From a virus: a stretch of 64,000 bases of DNA. The stretch covers positions 1 to 64,000 of the IMG/VR virus record IMGVR_UViG_3300049617_000088, one strand, 5' to 3'. The notes under the pieces are model-generated. The model did no database searches, had not been told where the DNA came from, and worked only from the letters and a program-made list of their open reading frames with translations. Numbering within the stretch: the first letter of the stretch is position 1; every line of letters starts with the position of its first letter. Of the stretch, positions 46,389 through 56,186 are shown one piece after another. The translations under genes and the position numbers were made by a program.

Positions 46389-47886
46389 CAGTACAAAGGG
46401 GCATGAGTTTAGCCACTACTCTAGCAATCCCTGCCTCTTCAATAGAGTTGATTACTGGAGTAATCGGCTTGTAAGCATAAGGCGCCTCTTCTTTAATTCG
46501 AGCCTTATACTTTTTGAGAATGTCTTTCCTTAATTGCATCTGAGGTGACTTAGGATCTATCGCCGTCACCAATCGAAGTGTCTCTGTTTCTTTATCGAAT
46601 ATATCATCCGAGACATGAGATGCTTCACCACGAGGCATCATCCTTCCAGCACCATGACAAGCACTAGAAAGTGCTTCCTCATTACCAGTTCCAGTCAATA
46701 GATAACTAGCACTTCCCATCGAGCCAGGAATGATCACAGGTCGACCCATCCAGTCAGATTCAGTCAATGGTCCCTCAGCAGGAGTTGCCCCTTTTCGATG
46801 AAGGAAAGAACCCTCCCGTTTGAAAACAAGATTGTGGGGAGCGTCATAGATTAATCGAAAATCAATCTCAATTCCTAACACCTCCTGAATAGCTCGTACC
46901 GCCATTAATCCTAAAAACAAACGGTTAGCAAAGGCGAAGTTGGCTGCATTATACATGCTATCCAAGTAGAATTCGCCTTCCTTCTGATACTCGCCGGACA
47001 TAGGAAGAACATAGAAATCATTCTTCGGATGCTTAATGCCATGAGGAAATAACTCTCGGGCACGATCCATGAAGTGACCGCCCACAACGTGACCTAAAGC
47101 CACTGAACCAGAATGAATCATGATGGCAAGATTGCCTTTGGTCAGGTTCATCTGACGAGCAGATTCACCACAAACAATCTCATCAATCTTTTGCAGTTCC
47201 ACAAAATGATTACCACCACCTACACAACCAATCTGCGGGTCACGACCATCCACTTCACCAGAAGATTGAATGAACTTCTCAAATCCAAACAATCGTTTGG
47301 TTTCAAAACCACCATGATTGTTGATTCTATTCAAATCATCGGCTTGAGTTCTGGCATCATAATACTTGTAGATGCCAGTACCTTGATTGTCTTTGGAGTG
47401 ACGTAGAAGACCGGGCAATCCATCGCGCAAGACAGCTTCTCTTTGTTGAGGAGACATAGGAATATCTCTTTGACCCTGAAAGAAAAGGGCGCGAAGCTTC
47501 TTTTGAATAGCATCCCAATGATCATCCAGTTTGCTAACAGGCAAATCAGTGGCAAGCAATCGCATTCCACAACAGATATCATTTCCAATAGCCTTAGGAA
47601 CAACGAACCCGTAAGCCTCCGCCACCGTTCCAACAGGTACGCCAGAACCTTTGTGGAAGTCGGGAGTCAGAACCACTCGGTTGATTCTAGCATCCTTATC
47701 TAGGAAAGTGGATTGGCTAGCATGAATATCACGAACGGCTCGTTCAACATCAAGGAATCCAAACAGTTCTTCAAATGCATCGTTCTCAACGAAGACATCT
47801 TTGTTGGCAAAGAGCTTGACATCGAGATTGAGATCATTAGTAATCTCGCAGCAGGCATCAGAGGTTCTTTTGACTTTATAGTTCAT
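46378..47886 (-). CDS. rtcB: RtcB family RNA ligase
   Basis: TPDFHKG, GNDICCGMRL, GGGNHFVELQ, IHSGS, DAPHN, LHRKGAT, IIPGSMG, SACHGAGR, EEAPYAYK. Confidence 0.96.
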   Translation of the reverse strand: MNYKVKRTSDACCEITNDLNLDVKLFANKDVFVENDAFEELFGFLDVERAVRDIHASQSTFLDKDARINRVVLTPDFHKGSGVPVGTVAEAYGFVVPKAIGNDICCGMRLLATDLPVSKLDDHWDAIQKKLRALFFQGQRDIPMSPQQREAVLRDGLPGLLRHSKDNQGTGIYKYYDARTQADDLNRINNHGGFETKRLFGFEKFIQSSGEVDGRDPQIGCVGGGNHFVELQKIDEIVCGESARQMNLTKGNLAIMIHSGSVALGHVVGGHFMDRARELFPHGIKHPKNDFYVLPMSGEYQKEGEFYLDSMYNAANFAFANRLFLGLMAVRAIQEVLGIEIDFRLIYDAPHNLVFKREGSFLHRKGATPAEGPLTESDWMGRPVIIPGSMGSASYLLTGTGNEEALSSACHGAGRMMPRGEASHVSDDIFDKETETLRLVTAIDPKSPQMQLRKDILKKYKARIKEEAPYAYKPITPVINSIEEAGIARVVAKLMPLCTVKG

Positions 47887-48188
47887 GACTTAGTTCTCAT
47901 TATCCATTTGAAATGACAGCCACTCGGCTTATCCTTATTGTCGGTTCCTTTACATTCTGTATGAAAATGACCATCATGATAATCGTCACATTCACAATAC
48001 TTAATTTGACCAAACTTCCAAGCCATACCGCATTTGGGACAGTACGTACAATCAAAGTTTTGAAACCCATATGATCCATCTTCTATGGGAGTAACAGTCT
48101 TATCTATTTTCAATTTTCTAATTAGACTGTTAGCACAATGGTATGCTGTACCGCCGCCAATAAGGAAAAACTATGTCAACTATGACGC

Positions 48189-48497
48189 TCATTTGTTTTC
48201 TAGCTCGTTAATCTTGTCATAAGCAAGGAGTAATTCTTGCACCAAAGCATTTTTGCTTAGAACGAAACATTCTTTCTTTGAACCTGACCATTTACATCCA
48301 CAATTATATTCATCATGACAATGATAAGTGCTATTGTTTCCACGGTAAACGGAACCAAAATGACTACTACCACACTTAGGGCAATCAAAATCATAGTGAT
48401 GAGTTTCAGTATCAATGGATTCAATATAAGATGACTGCCCATTAATCATTGCTTCTAGCACTTTTCGATCAATCATTTGGCTAGTTCCAATCCCCAA
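48189..48497 (-). CDS. Zinc-ribbon hypothetical protein
   Basis: CPKCGS..YHC..CKW. Confidence 0.55.
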   Translation of the reverse strand: MGIGTSQMIDRKVLEAMINGQSSYIESIDTETHHYDFDCPKCGSSHFGSVYRGNNSTYHCHDEYNCGCKWSGSKKECFVLSKNALVQELLLAYDKINELENK

Positions 48498-48638
48498 GGA
48501 GTCTCCACGTATTTTCGTTCCATATCCTTTTGGGACTTAGTGCGCTTGAACTTAAACTTATGCCCGCAGCTTGTCAATTTTTCGCCTTTGGGTGTAGAAC
48601 CAATAACACACATCATCTGTTTACAGATAGGACAGGGC

Positions 48639-49034
48639 TTACTTGATATCTTGTTCATGTTTTCTTTTCTCTAACAAATTCGAGACTGACATACCCAGTT
48701 CTTTTTCAGTCGGTTGTCGACCTTCCCAAAGGTCCCTGGCAAATTCCAGAGCTTTGATTACTTTCTCATAACCATCTGGACCATCATTGACTGTTTAAAT
48801 TACTTGACCATCGTACAGATGTTCTGATACTCTCTGCAAACAACAGACAGCCATACCTTGTAGATGGTCATTAAAATGCTGAACGGCTCCAAGAGCACAA
48901 AAAGAGTAGCCATCTACAATTGATGACTTATTTCCATTCTTATCGTACTGGTAATACCCTTGAGCAAATCTACTACGATCTTGATAAAGATCAATAATCT
49001 GAGCGTAAACCTGAGCTACTGGAATTATGTTCAT
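48639..49034 (-). pseudogene. Hypothetical protein with in-frame TAA at 48795
   Basis: FCALGA..GQVI* continues in frame as TVNDGPDGYEKVIKALEFARDLW.. Confidence 0.55.
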
Positions 49035-49189
49035 TATTCTTTCCTATTCAATTTATTCGATTGTCGGAGAAGATAATCATCCTGGGATGCATGGTCAAGT
49101 CTCCGACAATTTATACGGTTGGCAATCTTTACTAATTGCCAACCATCTCTCGACAAACCAATGGGGATCTATAGGGGAAGTAGAATATC

Positions 49190-49900
49190 TTATCTGCCGA
49201 AGATGGCAGCGAAGCCAACTCCTGGCATTCCTTTCAAGAAGAAATACAACTGACCTAGAAGGAAGATAGTTGCAGACCAACCAGCAGTAGTTAAAAACAT
49301 CTGTCCAGGAGTCAATCGTTTAGGAGGATTCCAGTCAGTTATCTCTCTCCAGATAGATGCACCACCAAACAGAATAACCATAATAGCGATTAGATAGTTG
49401 AAGAACCAAAGAACCACTGCCGCTACAACTGTAGAGATGATATGCATTACCATACCAAACGTTCTATTAGTGGAATAGGTTAGTGTATCTAACAATTGAC
49501 CACCATCCAAAAAGGATAGGGGTAATAGGTTAAATAGATTAAGGAAGCACATCCAGTAGGCAGCCGAAGCAAGATAAGGGTATCCGGTCAAGTAGTAGGC
49601 TCCTGCGGTTACACCAGCAAGAAGACCACCACCTACTGGTCCTAAGAGTACCACGAAGGCTTGTTGCCCATAGGTTTTATATCTATCTGAAACTAAGGCA
49701 ACTCCACCCATGAAAGGGATAAAGAAGAACCCGCTAGTTCTCAGATGCATTCTTTTCGCTGCCCACAAATGACTATATTCGTGGAAGCCTACGCCTACTA
49801 AAAGAAGTAAAGCGGCTTTCCAATTGAGAATTGAAGTATAAATTAGAAATGTAAAGATAGCTGATAAAATTTGTTTCTGTCTGAATGATAAATTTGGCAT
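49190..49900 (-). CDS. Site-2 (M50) intramembrane metalloprotease
   Basis: HEYSH and NLFNLLPLSFLDGG; start MPNLS. Confidence 0.88.
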   Translation of the reverse strand: MPNLSFRQKQILSAIFTFLIYTSILNWKAALLLLVGVGFHEYSHLWAAKRMHLRTSGFFFIPFMGGVALVSDRYKTYGQQAFVVLLGPVGGGLLAGVTAGAYYLTGYPYLASAAYWMCFLNLFNLLPLSFLDGGQLLDTLTYSTNRTFGMVMHIISTVVAAVVLWFFNYLIAIMVILFGGASIWREITDWNPPKRLTPGQMFLTTAGWSATIFLLGQLYFFLKGMPGVGFAAIFGR

Positions 49901-49910
49901 TAAATTCCTG

Positions 49911-50324
49911 TTATTTCTTGGCACTGAAAAAATAAAAGCTGGCGAAGGCACACAATATGCCACCCATTTTTCTCCATGAGAGATTCTCTCCCATAAACAA
50001 AAAAGATAGTAGGATGGTAACGCCAGGATATAACCCCGTGACGAACGTTGTTGAGCCAGCATCATTCTTCTGCAATGCATAGAAATAAGCGATAGAACCA
50101 ATTCCCATCATTATTCCACACAAAATAGAATAAACTACACCAGTCGTATTAATTGTATAGTTAACTTTAAAAATAAGAAACAAGAAGGGAGTCATTAACA
50201 TATGTAATAGGCTACCAATAGCAATGACCATGATAGGATGCATTGCACTGTTAGCTGTTTTACAAAAGAAAGATCCAATTCCCCATCCAAGGATACAAAT
50301 TGCGACCAGTAAAGTGCTAGACAT
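49911..50324 (-). CDS. EamA/DMT-family transporter
   Basis: Five TM segments; YFYALQ..LYP..LFMGENLSWRK. Confidence 0.85.
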   Translation of the reverse strand: MSSTLLVAICILGWGIGSFFCKTANSAMHPIMVIAIGSLLHMLMTPFLFLIFKVNYTINTTGVVYSILCGIMMGIGSIAYFYALQKNDAGSTTFVTGLYPGVTILLSFLFMGENLSWRKMGGILCAFASFYFFSAKK

Positions 50325-50497
50325 GAGATACTTTCAAGGATGAAAACTAAATCCCATCCGCATTAGAAAACTAACGACTGCCCAAACAGTCATCAAAAAG
50401 AATCACATCTTCAAAAAGATGTTTAAGAAACCCTCTTTAGACCAAATGATTGTCATAAACACGAATGACAAAAAGGCGGCAAAACAAAATCCTGTGA

Positions 50498-50746
50498 TTA
50501 CCATGATCTGTACCCCTTCTTATCTCTGCTTCTCCTTCTTAGATAGTCTATCAGAATTACTAATCCGACAAAGCCAAGAACAACACCAACTATCGAGAGA
50601 TAGAAAGCAAAACTAATCCATAACGGACTGAGCACCCACAACCATGACCAATCAATATAGTGAGTTAACTTGAGTCCGATGAAGAGAACAGTAAGCAATC
50701 CCCCAAAACCGATACCAACCGCCGAAGCGTTATTTGAATCAGACAT
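50498..50746 (-). CDS. Small phage membrane protein
   Basis: GIGFGGLLTVLFIGLKLTHYIDWSWLWVLSPLW. Confidence 0.75.
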   Translation of the reverse strand: MSDSNNASAVGIGFGGLLTVLFIGLKLTHYIDWSWLWVLSPLWISFAFYLSIVGVVLGFVGLVILIDYLRRRSRDKKGYRSW

Positions 50747-51201
50747 TATTTATTCCTTAGAATTTTAATATTGGGAATCTTTTTAATTTTCGCAAGTCCG
50801 TTCTTATGAGAACCGTTAGAGCTACAAGCATCTGCGATTACTTCAATCTTAGCTTGAGGAAGTTTCTCTCGTAAACCTTGCACCGTCTCGAACACACAAT
50901 AGTCGGTATTAACTCCAACCACTTTGAGATGACTCTTATTGAAACGACGCTTATGAAGCTGATCAAATACATTAGCCGAACCATCATTGCGGCTCTTGGT
51001 AACGCGACTGGCTCGCTTATTCTTTCTGGTCAAATAAGTTAGTTCTGGTTTAGTAGAACCATAACCATCGAACTCTACATAGAGAATCCCAGCCCCATTT
51101 TTCATGGCTTGTCGAAGCTCTCGTTGAACACTTCTCTGTACCGAAAGCTTGTTCGAAGCACTAAAAAACGACTGCATATCCACTACGACTAGTGTATACA
51201 T
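50746..51201 (-). CDS. Isochorismatase/nicotinamidase-family cysteine hydrolase
   Basis: LVVVDMQ, K, GVNTDYCV, DAC. Confidence 0.85.
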   Translation of the reverse strand: MYTLVVVDMQSFFSASNKLSVQRSVQRELRQAMKNGAGILYVEFDGYGSTKPELTYLTRKNKRASRVTKSRNDGSANVFDQLHKRRFNKSHLKVVGVNTDYCVFETVQGLREKLPQAKIEVIADACSSNGSHKNGLAKIKKIPNIKILRNK

Positions 51202-51325
51202 TATTGTAATCCTTGTTATTTAATTGAAGAATAAACCGGCTAAAAATAGAGGAACTATTAACATTCCGTAAGCACAACCAATTAAACACCACCAAAGAAT
51301 CTTCTCTGGTAATGGATCTTCCATC

Positions 51326-51649
51326 TTATGCTACCGTTGGTGGATTAACGATATCAAGAATATCTTTAGGAGATCCGCGCATTAACCGACCAGCTCTGGT
51401 TCTAGCATTGGGAGACGCATCTAGGTGCTCAACTAACTTATCGAAACGACCGTTATCCAGGTGAAGACCATGTTGACGATCAATCTCTGCGGCAAGAGCG
51501 TAGCTAGTTGGTTCCATATCATCCTCTTCGTAGAAATCATCTTCTAGATAATCGTTATCTTTTTTATCGGACTTCATCTTGCCCGCTTTGCGCGCCATTG
51601 CTGGAACGGCAAAGGGATTCCTAAAAGGTTCTGTGGTTTTCTTTTTCAT
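51326..51649 (-). CDS. Hypothetical protein
   Basis: 107-aa ORF. Confidence 0.55.
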   Translation of the reverse strand: MKKKTTEPFRNPFAVPAMARKAGKMKSDKKDNDYLEDDFYEEDDMEPTSYALAAEIDRQHGLHLDNGRFDKLVEHLDASPNARTRAGRLMRGSPKDILDIVNPPTVA

Positions 51650-51661
51650 GACAGATCATCT

Positions 51662-51748
51662 TGGTACAGGTAGAGGGACTCGAACCCCCACTCTATTTCT
51701 AGAAATTGCTCTTAAGGCAATCGCGGCTGCCGATTTCGCCATACCTGC
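51662..51748 (-). tRNA. tRNA-Leu(TAA)
   Basis: GCAGGTA/TACCTGT-A-CCA; ATTGC-CTTAAGA-GCAAT. Confidence 0.93.
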
Positions 51749-51761
51749 ATGTATTTAGTAC

Positions 51762-51849
51762 TGGTTGGGGATGTTGGATTCGAACCAACGATGCTGTTAA
51801 GCGGGAGATTCAAAGTCTCCTGGGTTAAACCGGGCTGCCCCAATCCCCA
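51762..51849 (-). tRNA. tRNA-Gln(TTG) with long variable arm
   Basis: TGGGGAT/ATCCCCA-A-CCA (U1-A72); GGAGA-CTTTGAA-TCTCC; GCT-TAAC-AGC variable hairpin. Confidence 0.85.
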
Positions 51850-51864
51850 ATACAATGCTGTATA

Positions 51865-52365
51865 TTATATCTTGTCTTGCCTATGTTTATTCTTTCCTGC
51901 AAAATTTTCAGTTTGTGAATGACAATGTGGACAAAGTACTCTAAGATTTTTTAGTCTGTTGTCGTCGCTTATTCCGTTGATATGGTCCAATTGTAAAGAC
52001 AAGGGTTTATTATTCCACACCGGAAGTTGACCACAAATGGTACATTCATTTTTAAGAATACCTTCTTTTAGAAGCCTTATCTTTAGATGGTTTCTATTGA
52101 AAGTTGAGTGTTCAACAAGAACATCCTCCAATGGAATCTTTTTGGCATTAGGAAACTTTCTATTCTTATTTGAAGAAACTCCTAATTTAATGTTGGAATA
52201 ATTAATTGAATCTTCATCTAATCTTTTTTTGAGGGTACGATAATTATGACCTTTATTCTGTAAAGAAAAATGTAATAATATTTCACTGATAGAGTTAGAT
52301 TCTAATACAATCTTGGACAATTGTTCTTTATCAATTTTCCAAATTAAACTAGTTCGTTTTTTCAT
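51865..52365 (-). CDS. HNH endonuclease
   Basis: CTICG..LQLDHING..DNRLKNLRVLCPHCHSQT; paralog of 41510..42001. Confidence 0.92.
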   Translation of the reverse strand: MKKRTSLIWKIDKEQLSKIVLESNSISEILLHFSLQNKGHNYRTLKKRLDEDSINYSNIKLGVSSNKNRKFPNAKKIPLEDVLVEHSTFNRNHLKIRLLKEGILKNECTICGQLPVWNNKPLSLQLDHINGISDDNRLKNLRVLCPHCHSQTENFAGKNKHRQDKI

Positions 52366-52833
52366 AAAGAGAGGTTTCCGGGTAGCGGATACTGCGTCCT
52401 CTCTTTATATATCAACCTATTACTAGGTTTACTGTCTAGATCGCAGTAGCAGATGCCTCATTAAACAGGCAGTACAGCGCGCTTGATGTCCATTTTCCTT
52501 ATCTTTTTTATTCACCATCACCGAGATGTTGCAATCAGGTTCACAACATACATCCATGGTAAGATTGGGATCAACCTTTTCCATACGAATGGTGGGCTTA
52601 GCTTCGTTTCTTCCGGTACTCATTTAATTTTAGACTCCATATTGTTCTAAGAATACGGGCTTCTTAGGTACCCTAATGTACTTATTATCCGAGGCTTTAA
52701 GATGTAATTTGCAAGCCCACGTTTCGGCTTGATCATACTGAACATCAGTCCAAGTAGACACTACCTCTTCAGTGACAACAACTGAAACCAAAGAAAGAAT
52801 ATCTACGAGGACTGAATTATCTCTCATGGTTTA

Positions 52834-53217
52834 TTACTTCGCCAGCTCTTGAAGCTTATCAAAGCTCTCGCCCGACAAAGCCTGCTCAACAGCCTTCTCC
52901 AGCTTAGCCAGAGCTTCCTCAGCCTTGCTCTTCTTATCCCAAGCATCCTTACTGAAGGTCTCATTCTTGGTGCCATCACCAGAAATGCTGACCTGATCAG
53001 GACGCATCTTTTTCAGCTCGTTACGAGCATCTGTCAGCTTAGTCAAGCCCTTATCCAAAAGGTCAACTCGACTAGCCAGCTTGCGTTCTACTAGCGTTTG
53101 AGTAAGTCGAGCACGAGCCGTATCGGTTGAGTTCTTGAGGGTCTCAGCCACGCTAGCCAACAGGTCAGTGGCAACGCTCTGCTTAGAACCGTTATTCGTT
53201 GAATCGTTTTGCGACAT
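52834..53217 (-). CDS. Hypothetical coiled-coil protein
   Basis: AGGAG RBS; 127 aa. Confidence 0.65.
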   Translation of the reverse strand: MSQNDSTNNGSKQSVATDLLASVAETLKNSTDTARARLTQTLVERKLASRVDLLDKGLTKLTDARNELKKMRPDQVSISGDGTKNETFSKDAWDKKSKAEEALAKLEKAVEQALSGESFDKLQELAK

Positions 53218-53486
53218 AATAATTTCTCCTGGCTTCCTTGATTTTAGTGTTTAGTGAATGTAGTTTACCGTAATAATCGTCATTAGACATAGTTAAGTTG
53301 CAGTCCCAAAATCTTTTACGAAAATGATGTCTTGTCATTTTAAGCGCGACATAATATCGTAGTCGATCTCCGACTGAAGAAAGTTCTATTCGATCCAATT
53401 TATCCAGCAAAAGAAAAAGAACGTCGAGGCTTCTTTCATTTGCCTGACGCTCTACTTCTGCTTCTAAAGATTCTAGGTTGGAATTA

Positions 53487-53978
53487 TTACCAGACCATTC
53501 GACATCCATAGCAAATAAAATCCTTTCCTATAGGCGTTTCCGCATAAGGATATAATTCGTTACATTTAGTGCAAGTACAACCATTAGAAGAAGAATCTTT
53601 TTTCATTTCTACTGGTGTCGCGGGATCAGGACACCATCCGTTAAATGAAGTGGATATCCAAGTGATAGGTTGGTTAAGTTGAATTACATAGCCTGTACTA
53701 GAACCACCACCTCCGCCACCTGAACCAGTTGGTCCTGTGGAACCATTAGCACCTGTTCCATTGATAGGAACATAATTACTTCCAGTTACCCCAGAAACAG
53801 AAGTTATAACTGAGTAACCATCAATTCCTACTATGCCGTTAGAAGGAATAGGGTCAGTATTAGCGCTGGCAACTGTTTGTCTTGCTGTTTGCTTGGCACT
53901 AATTTCTGCTAATTCGTCATATAGTTTGGCGATTTCTGTTACAGATGTTTCATAAAAATCTACGGTGGTACAAGGCAT
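53487..53978 (-). CDS. Hypothetical protein (Gly/Thr-rich, C-terminal zinc ribbon)
   Basis: AGGAG RBS; CTKC..CYGC. Confidence 0.6.
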   Translation of the reverse strand: MPCTTVDFYETSVTEIAKLYDELAEISAKQTARQTVASANTDPIPSNGIVGIDGYSVITSVSGVTGSNYVPINGTGANGSTGPTGSGGGGGGSSTGYVIQLNQPITWISTSFNGWCPDPATPVEMKKDSSSNGCTCTKCNELYPYAETPIGKDFICYGCRMVW

Positions 53979-54042
53979 AACAACTCCTATAGGTGGACAC
54001 GTTTATATCCACCTATATGTCAGGTCTTGAATTTATTTTAAT

Positions 54043-54264
54043 TCAATCTTCGTCATCCTCTTCATCTTCAAGGGGCTCGAAATCGGGATCAACATCTAGA
54101 TCCTCCTCATCATCGCCACCTTCAAAGTCAACCAATTCGCCATCAGCATCTTCATCTTCCATCAGGTTAGTGTAGATAACTACTTGACCATGATCATCAG
54201 TAACAATTTGAAAACCTACTGGTAGAATTTGTTCCAGCGCTTCTTCTAACTCTTCAAGATTCAT
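54043..54264 (-). CDS. Highly acidic small protein (possible DNA mimic)
   Basis: AAGGAG RBS; about half Asp/Glu. Confidence 0.6.
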   Translation of the reverse strand: MNLEELEEALEQILPVGFQIVTDDHGQVVIYTNLMEDEDADGELVDFEGGDDEEDLDVDPDFEPLEDEEDDED

Positions 54265-54394
54265 TTAACTATCTCCTTCCTTTGGGTGAATAAATTATTG
54301 TTCATCACACAATTAGGGCTACGCCAGGTTGTGAACCTGCTTGTCTCTTATGAGACAAGATGCACATATACGCAGCCTTTTAGATTGCCTAGAA

Positions 54395-54856
54395 TTAGGC
54401 AGTCTTGCTGGGACGAGCCGGAATCGACTGACCCGGAGTTGCAAGGCGGAGAACACCACCACCCTTGCCCTTGCCGATATCCAAACGACCACGGCACGCC
54501 TTGGTCTCAGGATCACGATCCGCCTGACCAACGATATACGCATGAATGCGCTTCGTCAGTGCGCCATGCTGCGCAGGAGCAACACCCAGGCTCGAAACCG
54601 CAGCCGACACCAATGCAGGCATCGGAAGACGATCACTGGGGAACTGATCAAAAACAGCCTCAACAGCCGTCTCAATCGTCTCCACCGGGGTCTCATTCTC
54701 CACCTTCCAATCGGCAAGAGCAGCTCGGTAAGCCGCAGCCGAAAGATCCAAATCCGCCGAACCATCACTACCCAAACGTGTAAACTTATCCATTGTGAAA
54801 TTCTCCTTTGGTTTTAACCAAAATTTAAAACGTAACATTAACGTGACAATACCCAA
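54395..54856 (-). CDS. Hypothetical protein (wing-like GKGKGGG motif)
   Basis: AAGGAG RBS before MDKFT. Confidence 0.65.
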   Translation of the reverse strand: MGIVTLMLRFKFWLKPKENFTMDKFTRLGSDGSADLDLSAAAYRAALADWKVENETPVETIETAVEAVFDQFPSDRLPMPALVSAAVSSLGVAPAQHGALTKRIHAYIVGQADRDPETKACRGRLDIGKGKGGGVLRLATPGQSIPARPSKTA

Positions 54857-54911
54857 TCTAGATTATTCTGGCTTGGATACTTTTGATCTAGATTATTCTA
54901 GATGCAAACTT

Positions 54912-55217
54912 TTACTGACCATCAACCGCATCATCGGGAGGCGGCGCAGGAATGGTAGTTGGCTCCGCAACAGGAGCAACTTTGAAGATGCCACCATGAG
55001 CACCTTTCCGAACATCGACATTCGGATAACCATCGAAAAGAAACTTGAGAGTCGGATACAACTGGGGACCTGTCATTCCGTATTCCTTGGCAATATCACC
55101 TGCCAACTTGGTCGCCGGAATCTTCTCCCCAGGCTTAATAGCCTCGATCCGCTCAGAAGCCTTCTCAAAGATGATACGAATTTTGGCAAGACTATTTTCA
55201 ATATGAGCTGAATTCAT
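54912..55217 (-). CDS. Putative winged-helix DNA-binding protein
   Basis: IPATKLAGDIA helix and VRKGAHGGI wing. Confidence 0.55.
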   Translation of the reverse strand: MNSAHIENSLAKIRIIFEKASERIEAIKPGEKIPATKLAGDIAKEYGMTGPQLYPTLKFLFDGYPNVDVRKGAHGGIFKVAPVAEPTTIPAPPPDDAVDGQ

Positions 55218-55280
55218 TGATATGTAATTCCTTTTTAGAAAGGTTGAAGAAATGAGACTGTATTGGCTACGGGCGCCTCA

Positions 55281-55311
55281 TCTATAGGCGCCCTCCGTTT
55301 TACGATGGGTA
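55281..55311 (-). promoter_or_regulatory. Phage promoter box copy 5
   Basis: TACCCATCGTAAAACG-N9-TATAGA. Confidence 0.75.
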
Positions 55312-55336
55312 GTGTAATCACCCGTTCACGATTCAA

Positions 55337-55651
55337 TTACCAGCTACGGTAACGAAGCCAAAGCTTGGCGCCCTTAACTGCACGCGAAGGAGCAGTTTTA
55401 GACTTGGCAAGACTATACATAACTGCTTCCGAAATGTCATACATGGAAGCAAACTCTGGCAGAAGAACCGTAATCGGCTTTTCCACCAAACGAGACAGCG
55501 CCACCAAACGACCTTCTCTACGGTCAAACTTATCTAGTGGATTGAGAACAGACAACTGATACTCAGCCGTGTTCTTCTGACGGTTAACGGTAATTGCCAA
55601 CGTGCCCACAGGACGATAGTTGGCGTCACGAAGATACATAATTCTAGTCAT
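55337..55651 (-). CDS. Hypothetical protein
   Basis: 104 aa; NPLDKFDRREGR. Confidence 0.6.
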   Translation of the reverse strand: MTRIMYLRDANYRPVGTLAITVNRQKNTAEYQLSVLNPLDKFDRREGRLVALSRLVEKPITVLLPEFASMYDISEAVMYSLAKSKTAPSRAVKGAKLWLRYRSW

Positions 55652-55688
55652 TGTAATAACCTAATCTTTCTTTTTGTTTAAATGTTAA

Positions 55689-56180
55689 TTAGCAAACTGC
55701 GGAATGTTCCCATCCTTCATAACCATATTCGTTGTAAGTTCCGGTAACACTTTCAACAAACTCTTTGTCTAACTCTTCAGGCACTGAACCTGGAGTATAA
55801 CTTTGACTAAGGAAAGAAATGCTTGCCGAAAAAGGAACGCCATAATCTTCTGAAAGAGCAACGGCTTCCGATAAATACTTCTTTGCTTTTGCCAGCTTAG
55901 CATTAATCTTTTCAGTAGCTTCGGCAACCGTACTCCTAAACTCTCGTTCTAACTCAGAGTCTCGTGGATCCAAAGTGTCAGTGGAAACAGTTTCGACAGA
56001 ACCGTCGTCCCATTTAACTTCAGCATGAGCTGTCATCTCAGCTTGCTCTTCCTTGGAGAGACCCCAATAACTATTGGTTCGAGCAACTCTAGCGGGGAAG
56101 AATTGGAGAACAACTCCATCCTATAGGTTTCCATCTTCGTCATGAGTCTGAACGAGATCGTTAACTTTACAGTCTTCCAT
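55689..56180 (-). pseudogene. GWxxSxxC-family protein with in-frame TAG at 56121
   Basis: MEDCKVNDLVQTHDEDGNL*DGVVLQ.. is in frame with the 115-aa ORF; N-terminus resembles 42599..43018. Confidence 0.6.
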
Positions 56181-56186
56181 GTTAAT

